This document shows positions 13,431-32,725 of a stretch of DNA of 32,977 bases, piece by piece (the first letter of the stretch is position 1; each line of letters opens with the position of its first letter). The stretch spans positions 1 to 32,977 of the forward strand of contig CAXHJY010001276.1 of NCBI GenBank assembly GCA_964016885.1. Reading direction: 5' to 3'. The position numbers were made by a program, and so were the translations under genes. Source of the stretch: Eledone cirrhosa. Its lineage: Eukaryota. The notes under the pieces are model-generated. The model made no database searches. It was given only the letters and a program-made list of their open reading frames with translations, and was not told the origin of the DNA.

Positions 13431-13612
13431 TGTTTCTACTATTGGCACAAGGCCAGAAATTACCCAGTACATTACTGGTACTTTATTTTATCGACCCCGT
13501 AAGGATGAAAGGCAAAGTTAACCTCGGCGGGATTTGAACTCAGAATGGCAAGGGCCGTAACTCTATGCGTCAAAGCATGGCGTCCGACCCTCTACCGATA
13601 CTGCCAATCCAC
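13431..13612 (-). mobile_element. tRNA-derived SINE with 9-bp target-site duplication
   Basis: Minus strand has A-box-like tggcagtatcggtag, B-box gagttcaaatcc and body gcctttcatccttacggggtcgataaaataaagtacc; TSD ttaaataat at 13422-13430 and 13613-13621; the left palindrome arm shows the empty site. Confidence 0.9.
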
Positions 13613-13735
13613 TTAAATAATGAACTTTTTTTGTTTAATATAAGGAACTGTTTCATTGTTTTATTCATTATTTTTTTAATATTTTATATATAGATATATA
13701 TATATAGAGATATATATATATAGATATATATATAT

Positions 13736-14239
13736 GGGAGACGGGTATTACACAACCCACCTGTACCGCTATCACAACCTATCCATGGTATACCCGCTAC
13801 CCACAACAAAGAATGTAACTGCCATCTACCTGAAAGATGTCCATTGAAGAATGAATGCCTAAAGTCCAACATTGTTTACCAATGCACGGTTGAATCGAAC
13901 AACCAGAAATGGTATTATATCGGATCTACCACTACATCGTTTAAATCTCGCTGGTACCGTCATCGATTCTCAATCAAACATTCGAATCACCGTTTTATGA
14001 CCACGCTCGCCAACAAGACCTGGCAACTCAGTGAACACAACCAACAGTTCACCTTAAAATGGGATATAGTTTCCAGCGCAAGTGCATATCGGAGTGGATT
14101 GAAGTACTGCAGGTTATGTAACCTTGAGCTCTTTTACATGTTAAAATCCAAAAACAAACTACTTAACGATAGAATTGAACGATCATTATACTGCAACCGC
14201 AAACTAAAAGCTAAATTCTCTCACTATAAAATAACTTAA
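13736..14239 (+). pseudogene. Penelope-like element C-terminal fragment: Cys-rich linker and GIY-YIG endonuclease
   Basis: Open frame ...ECNCHLPERCPLKNECLKSNIVYQC...YYIGSTTTSFKSRWYRH...WDIV...CRLCNLE...LLNDR; begins abruptly at a TA array, with no RT. Confidence 0.85.
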
Positions 14240-14732
14240 CATTCGAACCCGTAACTATAACACCGCTTTCTAGCTAACAACCTTCTCTTCCCCCCACACT
14301 ACAAGACAATACACTGCTTATTACTATACATGGTAACTCAGTGCAATTCCTAGATTACTACTACAAACCCAAAGTTCACTCACCACACAAACTTCGTCTG
14401 TCCCCTCTCTACCTCTCTCTCTCTACATCCATTACACTCTCTCTCTCTCGCCTTTGGCCTACCTCCCTCTCAACATCTATGAACCTGCCCTCTGGGGCAA
14501 TAAATAATTCCGACCTTAACTATCAACGCATCTCTCCAAAAGTAACCAGTATAATAAAACCCCTACCATAACATTCTGATTAAGATATCTACAAGCCACT
14601 CTCTCCTACTTCTCCAACCCCTGCATATCTTTCTTTCTCTCTCCCTCTTCCCTACTTTTCTCTCTTCCTTTTCTACTCTATCTTCCCCAACAACCCCACT
14701 TAAGGGTATTTACATTGTACATTTTACCATTC

Positions 14733-14844
14733 TGCTCTGAGGAAACAGTGGTCACAGCATTGGATATTTGAGTTCTGCAAGTACTTGTGAATTTGCACAT
14801 AGCATAACTAGGCTGCAGTACCACCGTGGAAACACTTGTAAGCA
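14733..14844 (+). ncRNA. Type I hammerhead ribozyme with about 85-nt stem II
   Basis: tgct|CTGAGGA|aacagtggt...accaccgtg|GAAA|cacttg|TA|agca; lies where a PLE terminal-repeat ribozyme is expected. Confidence 0.7.
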
Positions 14845-14891
14845 CACGGAATAAATTACCTTTTTATGATGTCTACCTGTTATTATTCATT

Positions 14892-14955
<64 letters not shown>

Positions 14956-15077
14956 ATATATATATATATAGATATATATATATATATATATATAGATATA
15001 TATATATATATATAGATATATATATATATATAGAGATATATATATATATATAGAGATATATAGATATATATAGATAT

Positions 15078-15122
<45 letters not shown>

Positions 15123-15328
15123 CATGTGTGTATGTGTGTGTGTCTCTTACCGTGTAAATGTAAATGACAATTGCTGAAATCTGAACATAAAGTACATGTA
15201 CACATGTGTGGTTGTGTATATATATATATATATACACAACCACACATATGTACATGTACTTTATGTTCAGATTTCAGCAATTGTCATTTACATTTACACG
15301 GTAAGAGACACACACACATACACACATG
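15123..15328. repeat. Palindrome centred on a short (TA)n run
   Basis: About 94-bp arms (gtgtctcttaccgtgtaaatg... / ...catttacacggtaagagacac), one mismatch, TA run at about 15217-15234. Confidence 0.93.
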
Positions 15329-15520
15329 CACACACACATATGCACCCATCCACACACACACACACATACATACACACACACACAGTTATTCTTATGTAAA
15401 TAAAGATTATACATACATCTTGGGGGCATTCAATACCACCCTCCCCACCCTCCACCTCACCTTATCTACAGGACACTATAGTTATCTTTGTATGTAGTAT
15501 GCATACCTAATGTACATATG

Positions 15521-15555
<35 letters not shown>

Positions 15556-15564
<9 letters not shown>

Positions 15565-15936
15565 TAAACGGAAAAGAAAATGCTGACAAATTGTTCACAG
15601 TGAAAAATAGTTTAATTAGGAATAAGTGAGAATTAGTAATAGTATTGGTTAGTATTCAGTTTTGGTTTTAAGTTTTACCGGTTGCTCATTTCTAATGCTT
15701 TTCAAAAATAATTTTGAGATAGAGCGTCCGTGATGTTTGCTCTAATCTGGAGCAAACATCACGGATGCTCTATCTCAAAATTATTTTTGAAAAGCATTAG
15801 AAATGAGCAACCGGTAAAACTTAAAACCAAAACTGAATACTAACCAATACTATTACTAATTCTCACTTATTCCTAATTAAACTATTTTTCACTGTGAACA
15901 ATTTGTCAGCATTTTCTTTTCCGTTTACCAATATAT
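15556..15936. repeat. Long fold-back palindrome (about 187-bp arms, 7-nt loop at 15743-15749)
   Basis: ttggtaaacggaaaagaaaatgctgac... / ...gtcagcattttcttttccgtttaccaa; one visible mismatch. Confidence 0.95.
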
Positions 15937-15966
15937 CTCAACTTGTGTGTTACACCTCTATTCTTT

Positions 15967-16006
<40 letters not shown>

Positions 16007-16151
16007 AACACACATACACATATATATATAAACATATAAATATAATACACACACACATATACACACACACACATTTATTTATATATACATATATATCTGT
16101 ATATATGTATATATAAATATATATGTGTATATATATATATAAGTATATATA

Positions 16152-16217
<66 letters not shown>

Positions 16218-16244
16218 TATATGGGTATATATATTTATATATAT

Positions 16245-18316
16245 CAAGTGCTGAGAAGAAAGATGCATGGAAGAGTCATTATGATAGATTACTAAATGAG
16301 GAGAATGCATGGGAAGAAGAGACCCTACCCCAAGTAGACCCTATAGAGGGGCCAACAGTACAAGTCAGCAGCAGCGTAGTAAGTAAGGCAATCAAAGATA
16401 TGAAGATGGGGAAGGCAACCGGTCCATCGGGTATAGCTGCCGAGATGCTGAAGGCATCTGGGTCTGTAGGTCACACTATAACCACACGTATCGTTAACCA
16501 GGTAATACTAGAAGGGGCCATACCAAAAGATTGGTGCAGTAGCATCATTGTCAACTGCTACAAAGGTAAAGGCGATGCACTAGATAGAGGAAACTATAGA
16601 GGTATAAAGTTGATGGACCAGGTCATGAAAGTAACAGAAAGAGTTATAGCACAGCTGATTAGGGACCGGGTGAATATAGACGAGATGCAATTTGGGTTTG
16701 TACCAGGGAGAGGCACCACTGATGCCCTCTTCCTTGTGAGGCAATTACAGGAAAAGTACCTAGCTAAAAGTAAGCCACTCTACTTGGCATTTGTCGACCT
16801 TGAGAAAGCCTTTGACAGAGTTCCACGTGCAGTAATCTGGTGGGCTCTTAGAAAACTAGGAGTAGATGAATGGCTTGTGAAAGCGGTACAAGCCATGTAT
16901 AGGGGAGCAGTCAGCAAAGTTAGGATTAGCAATGAGTATAGCGAGGAATTTAGCGTACAGGTTGGAGTCCACCAGGGCTCTGTTCTTAGCCCTCTCCTGT
17001 TCATCATCGTCCTGCAGGCAATAACGGAGGAGTTTAAGACCGGATGCCCATGGGAACTCCTGTATGCTGATGACCTCGCACTTATAGCTGAATCTATGGT
17101 AGAACTAGAGAAGAAATTCCAAACTTGGAAGCAGGGACTAGAAAGAAAGGGTCTCAAAGTCAACATGACAAAGACTAAGGTCCTTGTAAGTAGACGAGAA
17201 AACAGAACCTAGATCCCCTCAGTATGTAGGAAAGGTGTAGGTAGGAACTCCATTCTCTGCCCAAATGCAAACAATGGGTAGCGGGATCTCAGGAAGAGAT
17301 GTAGCGGGATCTCAGGAAGCTTAATTAAGAATGTAGGCTTCATATGCAGCAGCTGTACTGGGACAGCAAGCAGCAAACAGCCACAGGAAACAAGTACCAG
17401 CAATCTCTGGGAGGGCTCTGTAGAAACAGTAGACAGCTTCTGCTACCTAGGTGACCGAATTAGCAGCGGAGGTGGGTATACAGAAAGTACAATAACTAGG
17501 GTAAAAACGGGATGGAAGAAGTTCAGGGAACTACTGCCACTGCTAGCTGCAAAAGGCTTCTCCCTCAAAATGAAAGGCAGACTGTATGATGCGTGTATCC
17601 GAACAGCAATGTTACATGGTAGTGAGACCTGGGCACTGGAGGTGGAAGACTTACGTAGATTAGAGAGAAACAAAGCCTGCATGCTCCGATGGATGTGTAA
17701 TAGTAATATACGTGAACGACAAAGCATAAATGAATTGAGAGAGAGACTGATCATAAGAGGAATCAAATGCTGTGTGCAGGAGAGAAGGTTGTGTTGGTAT
17801 GGACATGTGATGCGTATGAAGGATGACAGCTTCATAAAAAGGTGCAGAGCACTAGAAGTCGATGGAAACCGCGGAGTGGGAAGACCCAAGATGACCTGGG
17901 ATGAGGTGATAAAAGCTGACCTTACCCAATTACACCTCTCAAAGGCGATGACACACGACCGTGACCTCTGGCGTCACGCAGTAATACAGAGTACCCAACC
18001 TTCCATGGGTACAAGCTGAAGCATATAGACAATATGCTCCCACACCCTCCCACTGCAAGGTGGTCGTGGCGGTGCCACGGCAAAAAAGCACACAGCCCAC
18101 ACTGTAAAGTGGACGTGTAGGCGCCACGAAAAAGCACCCAGCACTCACTGTAAATGAGGTTGGTGTTAGGAAGGGCATCCAGCTGTAGAAATCAATCCAA
18201 ATCAGTTCCTGTATGAGCAAGGCAAGGTCAGCCGACCAGACACTGCCCACAACAGGACAACCCCCCTAACCCATGCTAGCGTGGAAGAACGGACGTAAAA
18301 CGGTGATGATGATGAT
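16245..18316 (+). mobile_element. RTE-clade LINE, 5'-truncated and disabled
   Basis: [80 protein letters not shown]; stop and indels at 17210-17320; 3'UTR ending in (GAT)n. Confidence 0.93.
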
Positions 18317-18320
18317 ATAT

Positions 18321-18368
18321 ATGATTTCTCCAGAATGAAACAGTCCTAGTCCTGTAGAAACCTTTTCT
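18321..18368 (+). other. 5'-truncated relative of the 12700-12750 hammerhead
   Basis: atga-tttc-tcca-gaat-GAAA-cag-tcctagtc-ctg-TA-gaaacc; lacks CTG and the 5' strand of stem I. Confidence 0.7.
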
Positions 18369-18756
18369 ATATTAAATATATAAATATGTATATAGATATA
18401 TATATGTGTCTGTGTATATATATATATATATATACCTAAATATATATATATATATATATTTGTGTGTGTATTACTATAACACCCACCACTACTGCCTTTA
18501 AAATTATATCCGCCTTAGGCAAAACCTTCACTGTAATGTGATCTTCCTTCCACCACCACACTACACCACCATTACCACCACGACACTACACCACCACCAC
18601 CTCCACAACACTACACCACCACAACACTACACCACCATCACCACTACGCCCTGTCATTTAGTTCAGAGACTCTCAGCTTGGAACATTACACAGCTCAGCT
18701 CTATCAAGAATATAAACAACAAAAGGGACTTTCTTAATGTTATATGGTAGGTGATA

Positions 18757-18766
18757 TATCTATCTA

Positions 18767-18801
<35 letters not shown>

Positions 18802-18843
18802 GTCTATCTGTCTATCTATCTATCTATCTAGCTACCTAGCTAC

Positions 18844-18885
<42 letters not shown>

Positions 18886-18900
18886 GTCTATCTATCTCTC
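18757..18900. repeat. (TATC)n/(TGTC)n microsatellite
   Basis: Read directly. Confidence 0.93.
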
Positions 18901-18912
18901 TCTGTATATAAA

Positions 18913-19161
18913 CCTGTAGGTTGAGGAAGACAAAAAGAGGGAAGGTGGGAACACCTACAAAACGTGCTCCTAGTATTGAGGGTTGTTCTATCTATGGGGT
19001 GTAAAACAATCCCGCAGTAACGTTCCCCCTATTGGGGATTTCGATTGTTAATTCTTAAGTTTATTGTTACTTATTAATGTTAAAGTTTATACAATTTTTA
19101 AGTAAACCCTCGCCGTAATGTCTAGTAATGTCTCTTGTACCTCTTGAGGCAAATAAAGAAA
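18913..19161 (+). mobile_element. Solo 3'UTR of a diverged relative of the L1/Tx1 element
   Basis: Shares cctgtaggttgaggaa, tgagggttg, ctattgggga, tcga and aataaagaaa, in order, with 10787-11034. Confidence 0.75.
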
Positions 19162-19269
19162 GATATCTACCTCTCTGTCGTTGACCAGTGCCATCCAATG
19201 GTCACCCAGTCCTATTATTCAGGTAAAGTTAATCTTGGACTACATTACACAATGTTACCTTTAAAGTTA

Positions 19270-19455
19270 TTGTTGTTCAACCCTAGGTAAGCCTAGATCC
19301 AGCACATATATGATCAAAGTAGTTGTTTAGCCCTAGGTCAGCCTAGGTTCAACAGACTTATGATCAAAGTAGTTTAACCCTAGGTTCAACAGACCTTTGA
19401 TCAAAGTAGTTGTTTAACCCTAGGCCTACTTGGATACAACACACATGATCAATGA
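19270..19455 (+). repeat. About four degenerate tandem units of 35-50 bp (ccctagg...tgatcaaagtagtt)
   Basis: ccctagg and tgatcaa each recur four times. Confidence 0.8.
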
Positions 19456-19569
19456 AACTCCAATGGTGACCACCCTAGCTCTTGTGACACGGTCTATTCT
19501 AAGAATTGAGGGATTTTAACTGCTATTTTTAGATCAAGCGACTACGTAAAAGGATTTCTTGTGGCTACT

Positions 19570-19780
19570 TTTGTTGTTGTTATTGGTGTTGGTATTGTTA
19601 TTGTTATTGGTGTTGTTGATGTTGGTGCGGTTGTTGTTATTGCTTGTTGTTGTTGGTGTTATTGTTGTTGTTGGTGTTGTATTTGGTGTTGTTGGTGGTG
19701 TTATTTGTGTTGGTGGTGTTGTTGTTGTTGTTGTTGTTATTGGTGGTGTTGGTGCTATTGTTGTTGTTATTGGTGTTGTT
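19570..19780. repeat. (TTG/TGG)n trinucleotide repeat
   Basis: Read directly. Confidence 0.93.
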
Positions 19781-20019
19781 CTCCCCCACCCTGTCTCTAA
19801 TTTATCAGCCTTTGTTCCTTTTCAGATGTTACAACAGCCATGTTACAACACACATAAATGTACTTTCACCCACACACATACATACACACACATCGACAGA
19901 CATGTACTCTCATACACATAAGCACACACACATACATACACACACCACAAAAAACATTCATATACACACACATGCAGATATCACACACATATAACACACA
20001 CGTGTGGTGTTGTATGTAA

Positions 20020-20071
20020 TATACAACACCACACACACACACACACATATATATATATACACACCATATAG

Positions 20072-20102
<31 letters not shown>

Positions 20103-20248
20103 CACCATACAGACACCCACACATATATATGCACCATACAGACACATACATATATGCACCACATACACACACACATATATATATATATGCCATACAAACA
20201 CACACACATACACATATATATATATACCACACACACACATATATATAC

Positions 20249-20282
<34 letters not shown>

Positions 20283-20466
20283 CACCATACAGACACACAC
20301 ACACACATATATATACACCATACAGACACATACATATATACACCACACACACAAACATATATATATGCACCATACAGATACATACATATATACACCACAC
20401 ACATATATATACACCATACAGACACACACACATATATATATACACCACACAGACACACACCACACA
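20020..20466. repeat. CA/TA-derived minisatellite (caccatacagacacacacatatatata-like unit)
   Basis: caccatac/caccacac recurs about every 20-30 bp. Confidence 0.85.
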
Positions 20467-20553
20467 CGTGTGTGTTGCGTGCAATATAGATTTATTAATA
20501 ACGTGAGATTTCTCTCCTTTCTTCATTGTTTACACACATTGGATTTCAAAACA

Positions 20554-20587
<34 letters not shown>

Positions 20588-20912
20588 GTATATCTATCTA
20601 TCTCTCTCTCTATAAATATCTATCTATCTATCTATATATTTATATATATATAGATAGATAGATTATACCATTAAGGTAAATAAAGAAATATATATATAGA
20701 TAGATAGATATAATATATAGTTGATAAATGAAAAATAAACAAACAAAGGAGGCAAGTTTTCCAGTTTCATCAGGTTCATATATAAGATATTAACACAAAT
20801 GTACTCTACCTTAGGTTTCAAACTTCAATCAGTATAGAATATTGACTTTCTATATTTCCTGGCTAAAAGAAGAAAAATAATTAAATAATTATAAAGAAGC
20901 ATGCAATGCTTT

Positions 20913-20944
<32 letters not shown>

Positions 20945-21365
20945 TATGTATATATGTATATATATATATACATATATATGTATATACATATATATATATA
21001 TATATACATATATATGTATATACATATATATATATATATATACATATATATATGTACATACATATATATATGTATATACATATATATGTATATACATATA
21101 TATATATATATACATATATATATGTACATACATATATATATGTATATACATATATATATATGTATATATGTATATATATACATATATATGTATATACATA
21201 TATATATATATATATACATATATACATATATATATATATACATACATATATATATATATACATATATACATATATATATATATACATACATATATATATA
21301 TATGTACATACATATATATATATATGTATATACATATATATATATGTATATATGTATATATATAC

Positions 21366-21411
<46 letters not shown>

Positions 21412-21513
21412 ATATATACATATATATATATATATGTATATATGTATATATATACATATATATATATGTATATATGTATATATATACATATTGATGTATA
21501 TTGATATACATTT

Positions 21514-22471
21514 GATGATTCCAAGCTCCAAAAGGTCATCAATGGCGTGGATGACCGGATAAGCCTTCAGTCAGACCTACTGGCTGTTACCCAATGGGCA
21601 GAAAAGAACAACATGTTACTGAACGAAGACAAATTCGAACTGATCCACTTTGGAAAAGAGGATGCTCTGAAACTCCCGTACTCCCTTCCCTCCGGGGAAA
21701 CTCTCGTGGCATCTAACAACATCAGAGACTTGGGAGTAACCGTGGACAGCAACATAAGCTGGACCACGCATATAAGCAGCAAAGTTGACATGGCCCGCAG
21801 AATGTGTTCCTGGATCCTCAGAACCTTCCAGTCGAGAGATTCCCGCACCATTATCCTTCTCTTCTCTACTTTCGCCCGACCACACCTTGAATACTGTTGT
21901 CCACTGTGGTCTCCCCACACGAAACAAAGTATCATGAAACTTGAAGCTCCTCAAAGGGCAATCACGAAAAAGATAGATGGCATGTCAGACCTTGACTACT
22001 GGGGTCGATTGGAAAACCTGAAACTTTACTCACTCCAACGTCGCCGTGAGCGTTATATTATCTGCATGATGTGGAAAATGTTCCATCATCACTGCCCAAA
22101 TGATGTTGGCATCGCCTTCAAGATACACCCAAGGCTTGGGCCCCGTGCTATCCGTCCCATTCAAAAATCTAAATCGCAACTCATAACAACAATACGGCAC
22201 AATTATTTCACCTCAATCGGCCCTGCTCTCTTCAACATCACACCAGGACACGTCAAAACAGAAACTGACCACACAAAATTCAAGAAGTCTTTGGACAAAT
22301 TCCTCCAAGTAATCCCGGACAAACCACCCACACCCGGATATGTCTCCGCAAACAGTAATTCTCTTCTCGAATGGGCCATGGTGCCCAAATTCTGAATTGA
22401 AAGACTTCGCCAGGTGGTGCTATTAAGTTAGACATGGCCTGGGCCAATACTGGCCAAAACATTTCAAAGTT
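21514..22471 (+). mobile_element. CR1-clade LINE 3' fragment (RT C-terminal half and short 3'UTR)
   Basis: Open frame 21514-22395 starts DDSKL and includes [18 protein letters not shown] and [11 protein letters not shown]; embedded in (TA)n. Confidence 0.88.
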
Positions 22472-22586
22472 ATATACATATATATATATATGTATATATA
22501 TATATATGTATATATGTATATATATACATATATATATATATATGTATATATGTATATATATACATATATATATATATGTATATATG

Positions 22587-22617
<31 letters not shown>

Positions 22618-22703
22618 GTATATACATATATATATATATATATGTATATATGTATATATATATATACATATATACATATATATATATATATGTATATATA
22701 TAC

Positions 22704-22735
<32 letters not shown>

Positions 22736-22900
22736 GTATATATATACATATATACATATATATATATGTATATACATATATATATATATGTATGTACATA
22801 TATATATGTATATATATATATATATATGTATATACATATATATGTATATATATATATGTATATACATATATATGTATATATATATATATACATATATACA

Positions 22901-22940
<40 letters not shown>

Positions 22941-23130
22941 CATATACATATATATATATATGTATATACATATATATTTATATATATACATATATATTTA
23001 TATATATACATATATATTTATATATATACATATATATTTATATATATATATATATATATATGTATATACATATACATATATATATATGTATATACATATA
23101 TATTTATATATATACATATATATTTATATA

Positions 23131-23790
23131 TAACTTTGACTAACTTTGAAATGTTTTGGCCAGTATTGGCCCAGGCCATGTCTAACTTAATAGCACCACC
23201 TGGCGAAGTCTTTCAATTCAGGATTTGGGCACCATGGCCCATTCGAGAAGAGAATTACTGTTTGCGGAGACATATCCGGGTGTGGCTGGTTTGTCCGGGA
23301 TTACTTGGAGGAATTTGTCCAAAGACTTCTTGAATTTTGTGTGGTCAGTTTCTGTTTTGAGGTGTCCTGGTGTGATGTTGAAGAGAGCACGGCCGATTGA
23401 GGTGAAATAATTGTGCCGTATTGTTGTTATGAGTTGCGATTTAGATTTTTGAATGGGACGGATAGCACGGGGCCCAATCCTTGGGTGTATCTTGAAGGCG
23501 ATGCCAACATCATTTCGGCAGTGATGATGGAACATTTTCCACATCATGCAGATAATATAACGCTCACGGCGACGTTGGAGTGAGTAAAGTTTCAGGTTTT
23601 CCAATCGACCCCAGTAGTCAAGGTCTGACATGCCATCTATCTTTTTCGTGATTGCCCTTTGAGGAGCTTCAAGTTTCATGATACTTTGTTTCGTGTGGGG
23701 AGACCACAGTGGACAACAGTATTCAAGGTGTGGTCGGGCGAAAGTAGAGAAGAGAAGGATAATGGTGCGGGAATCTCTCGACTGGAAGGT

Positions 23791-23791
<1 letters not shown>
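23131..23791 (-). mobile_element. Second, shorter copy of the same CR1-clade 3' end, inverted
   Basis: Reverse complement of about 21822-22471 with six substitutions and an extra gtcaaagtta tail unit. Confidence 0.92.
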
Positions 23792-27135
<3,344 letters not shown>

Positions 27136-27530
27136 AACAAACTGCCTGCGTCAATTGTTAGCTGCTGAGACACTGCATCCTTTAAGACACTCATGCTTCC
27201 CGAAATACGCCAAAACTACACCTGATGTACCCCTTCCATACACATGCACACATGTGTGTATCATGACTCGTGCACTTTTCATTTTACTGATGTTTGTGCA
27301 TTGCCCTATGTACTGTACATGCACTTTTTTGATGAGTTGTGGTGGACCTGGGCACTGTACACAATATTTCATTATTGTTATTGTTATTATATCATGACTC
27401 ATACACTGTTCATTTTCCTGACATTTGTACATTATTCTATGTACTATACATGCATGTACTATACATGCACCTTTGATGAGTTGTAGTGCACCTGAACACT
27501 GTACACAACAATATCATTATTATTATTATT
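27136..27530 (+). mobile_element. Extreme 3' end of a CR1/L2-group LINE with a tandemly duplicated 3'UTR and (TTA)n tail
   Basis: 27136-27225 translates [19 protein letters not shown]..., like the (W)NxLP...FK end of such ORFs; about 130-bp units at 27261-27391 and 27392-27530, each ending in TTA repeats. Confidence 0.7.
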
Positions 27531-27705
27531 ATATATATATATATGTATATACATACATATATGTATATACATATATTTCGTTTCTGAATTTGTTTAGCAA
27601 GATTCTTTATCTGAAATCATGTGTTGAAACCGATATTGTTATACTTTGGGAGGGTCATGTTGCCAATAAGAAACACACGCACCAGTTGCTTTCACTTCAA
27701 TTTAT

Positions 27706-32109
<4,404 letters not shown>

Positions 32110-32110
<1 letters not shown>

Positions 32111-32499
32111 TATATATATGAATGTATATATAGTGTATGTTGCAATACACGCTATGCTTAATTAAAAGCATTTTGAAGACCTTACGCTATTGTTTTAGAG
32201 TAGTGACAGTTTCACTTACTTTAAATTTTCAGCAAACAGGGGAGATAAAGCTGACAGAGCTCTGTTTCGTACTTTTTGGTACTCCACCTGTCTGCTGAAA
32301 ATCATGAGTGTTTGATTCTTATAGAATTCTAGTAATAATCAGGAACTGATTATACAGAGCAGTTGCCGGTCAAGCAGAAAATATTTAAAGTAATTGAGAC
32401 TGTCACTACTCTAAAACAATAGCGTAAGGTCTTCGAAATGCTTTTAATTAAGCTTACAGTGTATTGCAAAATACACTATATATACATTCATATATATAT
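32110..32499. repeat. Diverged inverted repeat (about 120-bp arms, about 140-bp spacer)
   Basis: gaagaccttacgctattgttttagagtagtgacagt / actgtcactactctaaaacaatagcgtaaggtcttc, with flanking matches and several mismatches. Confidence 0.88.
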
Positions 32500-32559
32500 T
32501 GCTATTTCAGAGCACCAATTCTAATATATATATATATATATAGACATATTTATATATAT

Positions 32560-32725
32560 CTGGTAGAGAATGTTGAGAAGCCAGAGGAGATTACTAATGT
32601 AGGGGGGAAGCCGCTAGAATTGGTTGAGGACTTCCTGTATTTGGGAGCAAAGATTGGGAATACGGAAGATGATGTGGTTGGGAGGAATAGCAAAGCCTGG
32701 GCGGCGTGCCACATCTTGAAAGTTT
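32560..32725 (+). pseudogene. Old RTE-like reverse transcriptase thumb fragment
   Basis: GKPLELVEDFLYLGAKI...R.SKAWAA resembles the LExVxxFxYLG...R..KA segment of RTE-type RTs. Confidence 0.6.

Larger units (their letters stand above)
13068..13687. repeat. Long fold-back palindrome (about 214-bp arms, 1-nt loop at 13282); right arm split by a SINE
   Basis: Centre ...cttcagaaataat-t-attatttctgaag...; the arms match on both sides of the 13431-13612 insertion. Confidence 0.95.
13736..14895 (+). mobile_element. 5'-truncated Penelope-like element (GIY-YIG, 3'UTR, hammerhead-bearing terminus)
   Basis: GIY-YIG frame, about 500-bp C/T-rich UTR, hammerhead fold at 14733-14844, AATAAA near 14850; (TA)n on both sides. 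Confidence 0.8.

Noticed and set aside
19559-19994. Poly-Leu/Val/Cys ORFs resembling membrane or metallothionein proteins
   Set aside because: They are translations of a (TTG/TGG)n repeat
20810-20862. Minus-strand exon-like segment with a good acceptor and donor
   Set aside because: All three frames contain stops, and there is no other support
32205-32240. Minus-strand ctgaaaa...gaaactgtc as a hammerhead
   Set aside because: The core deviates from CUGANGA and no stem I pairing was found
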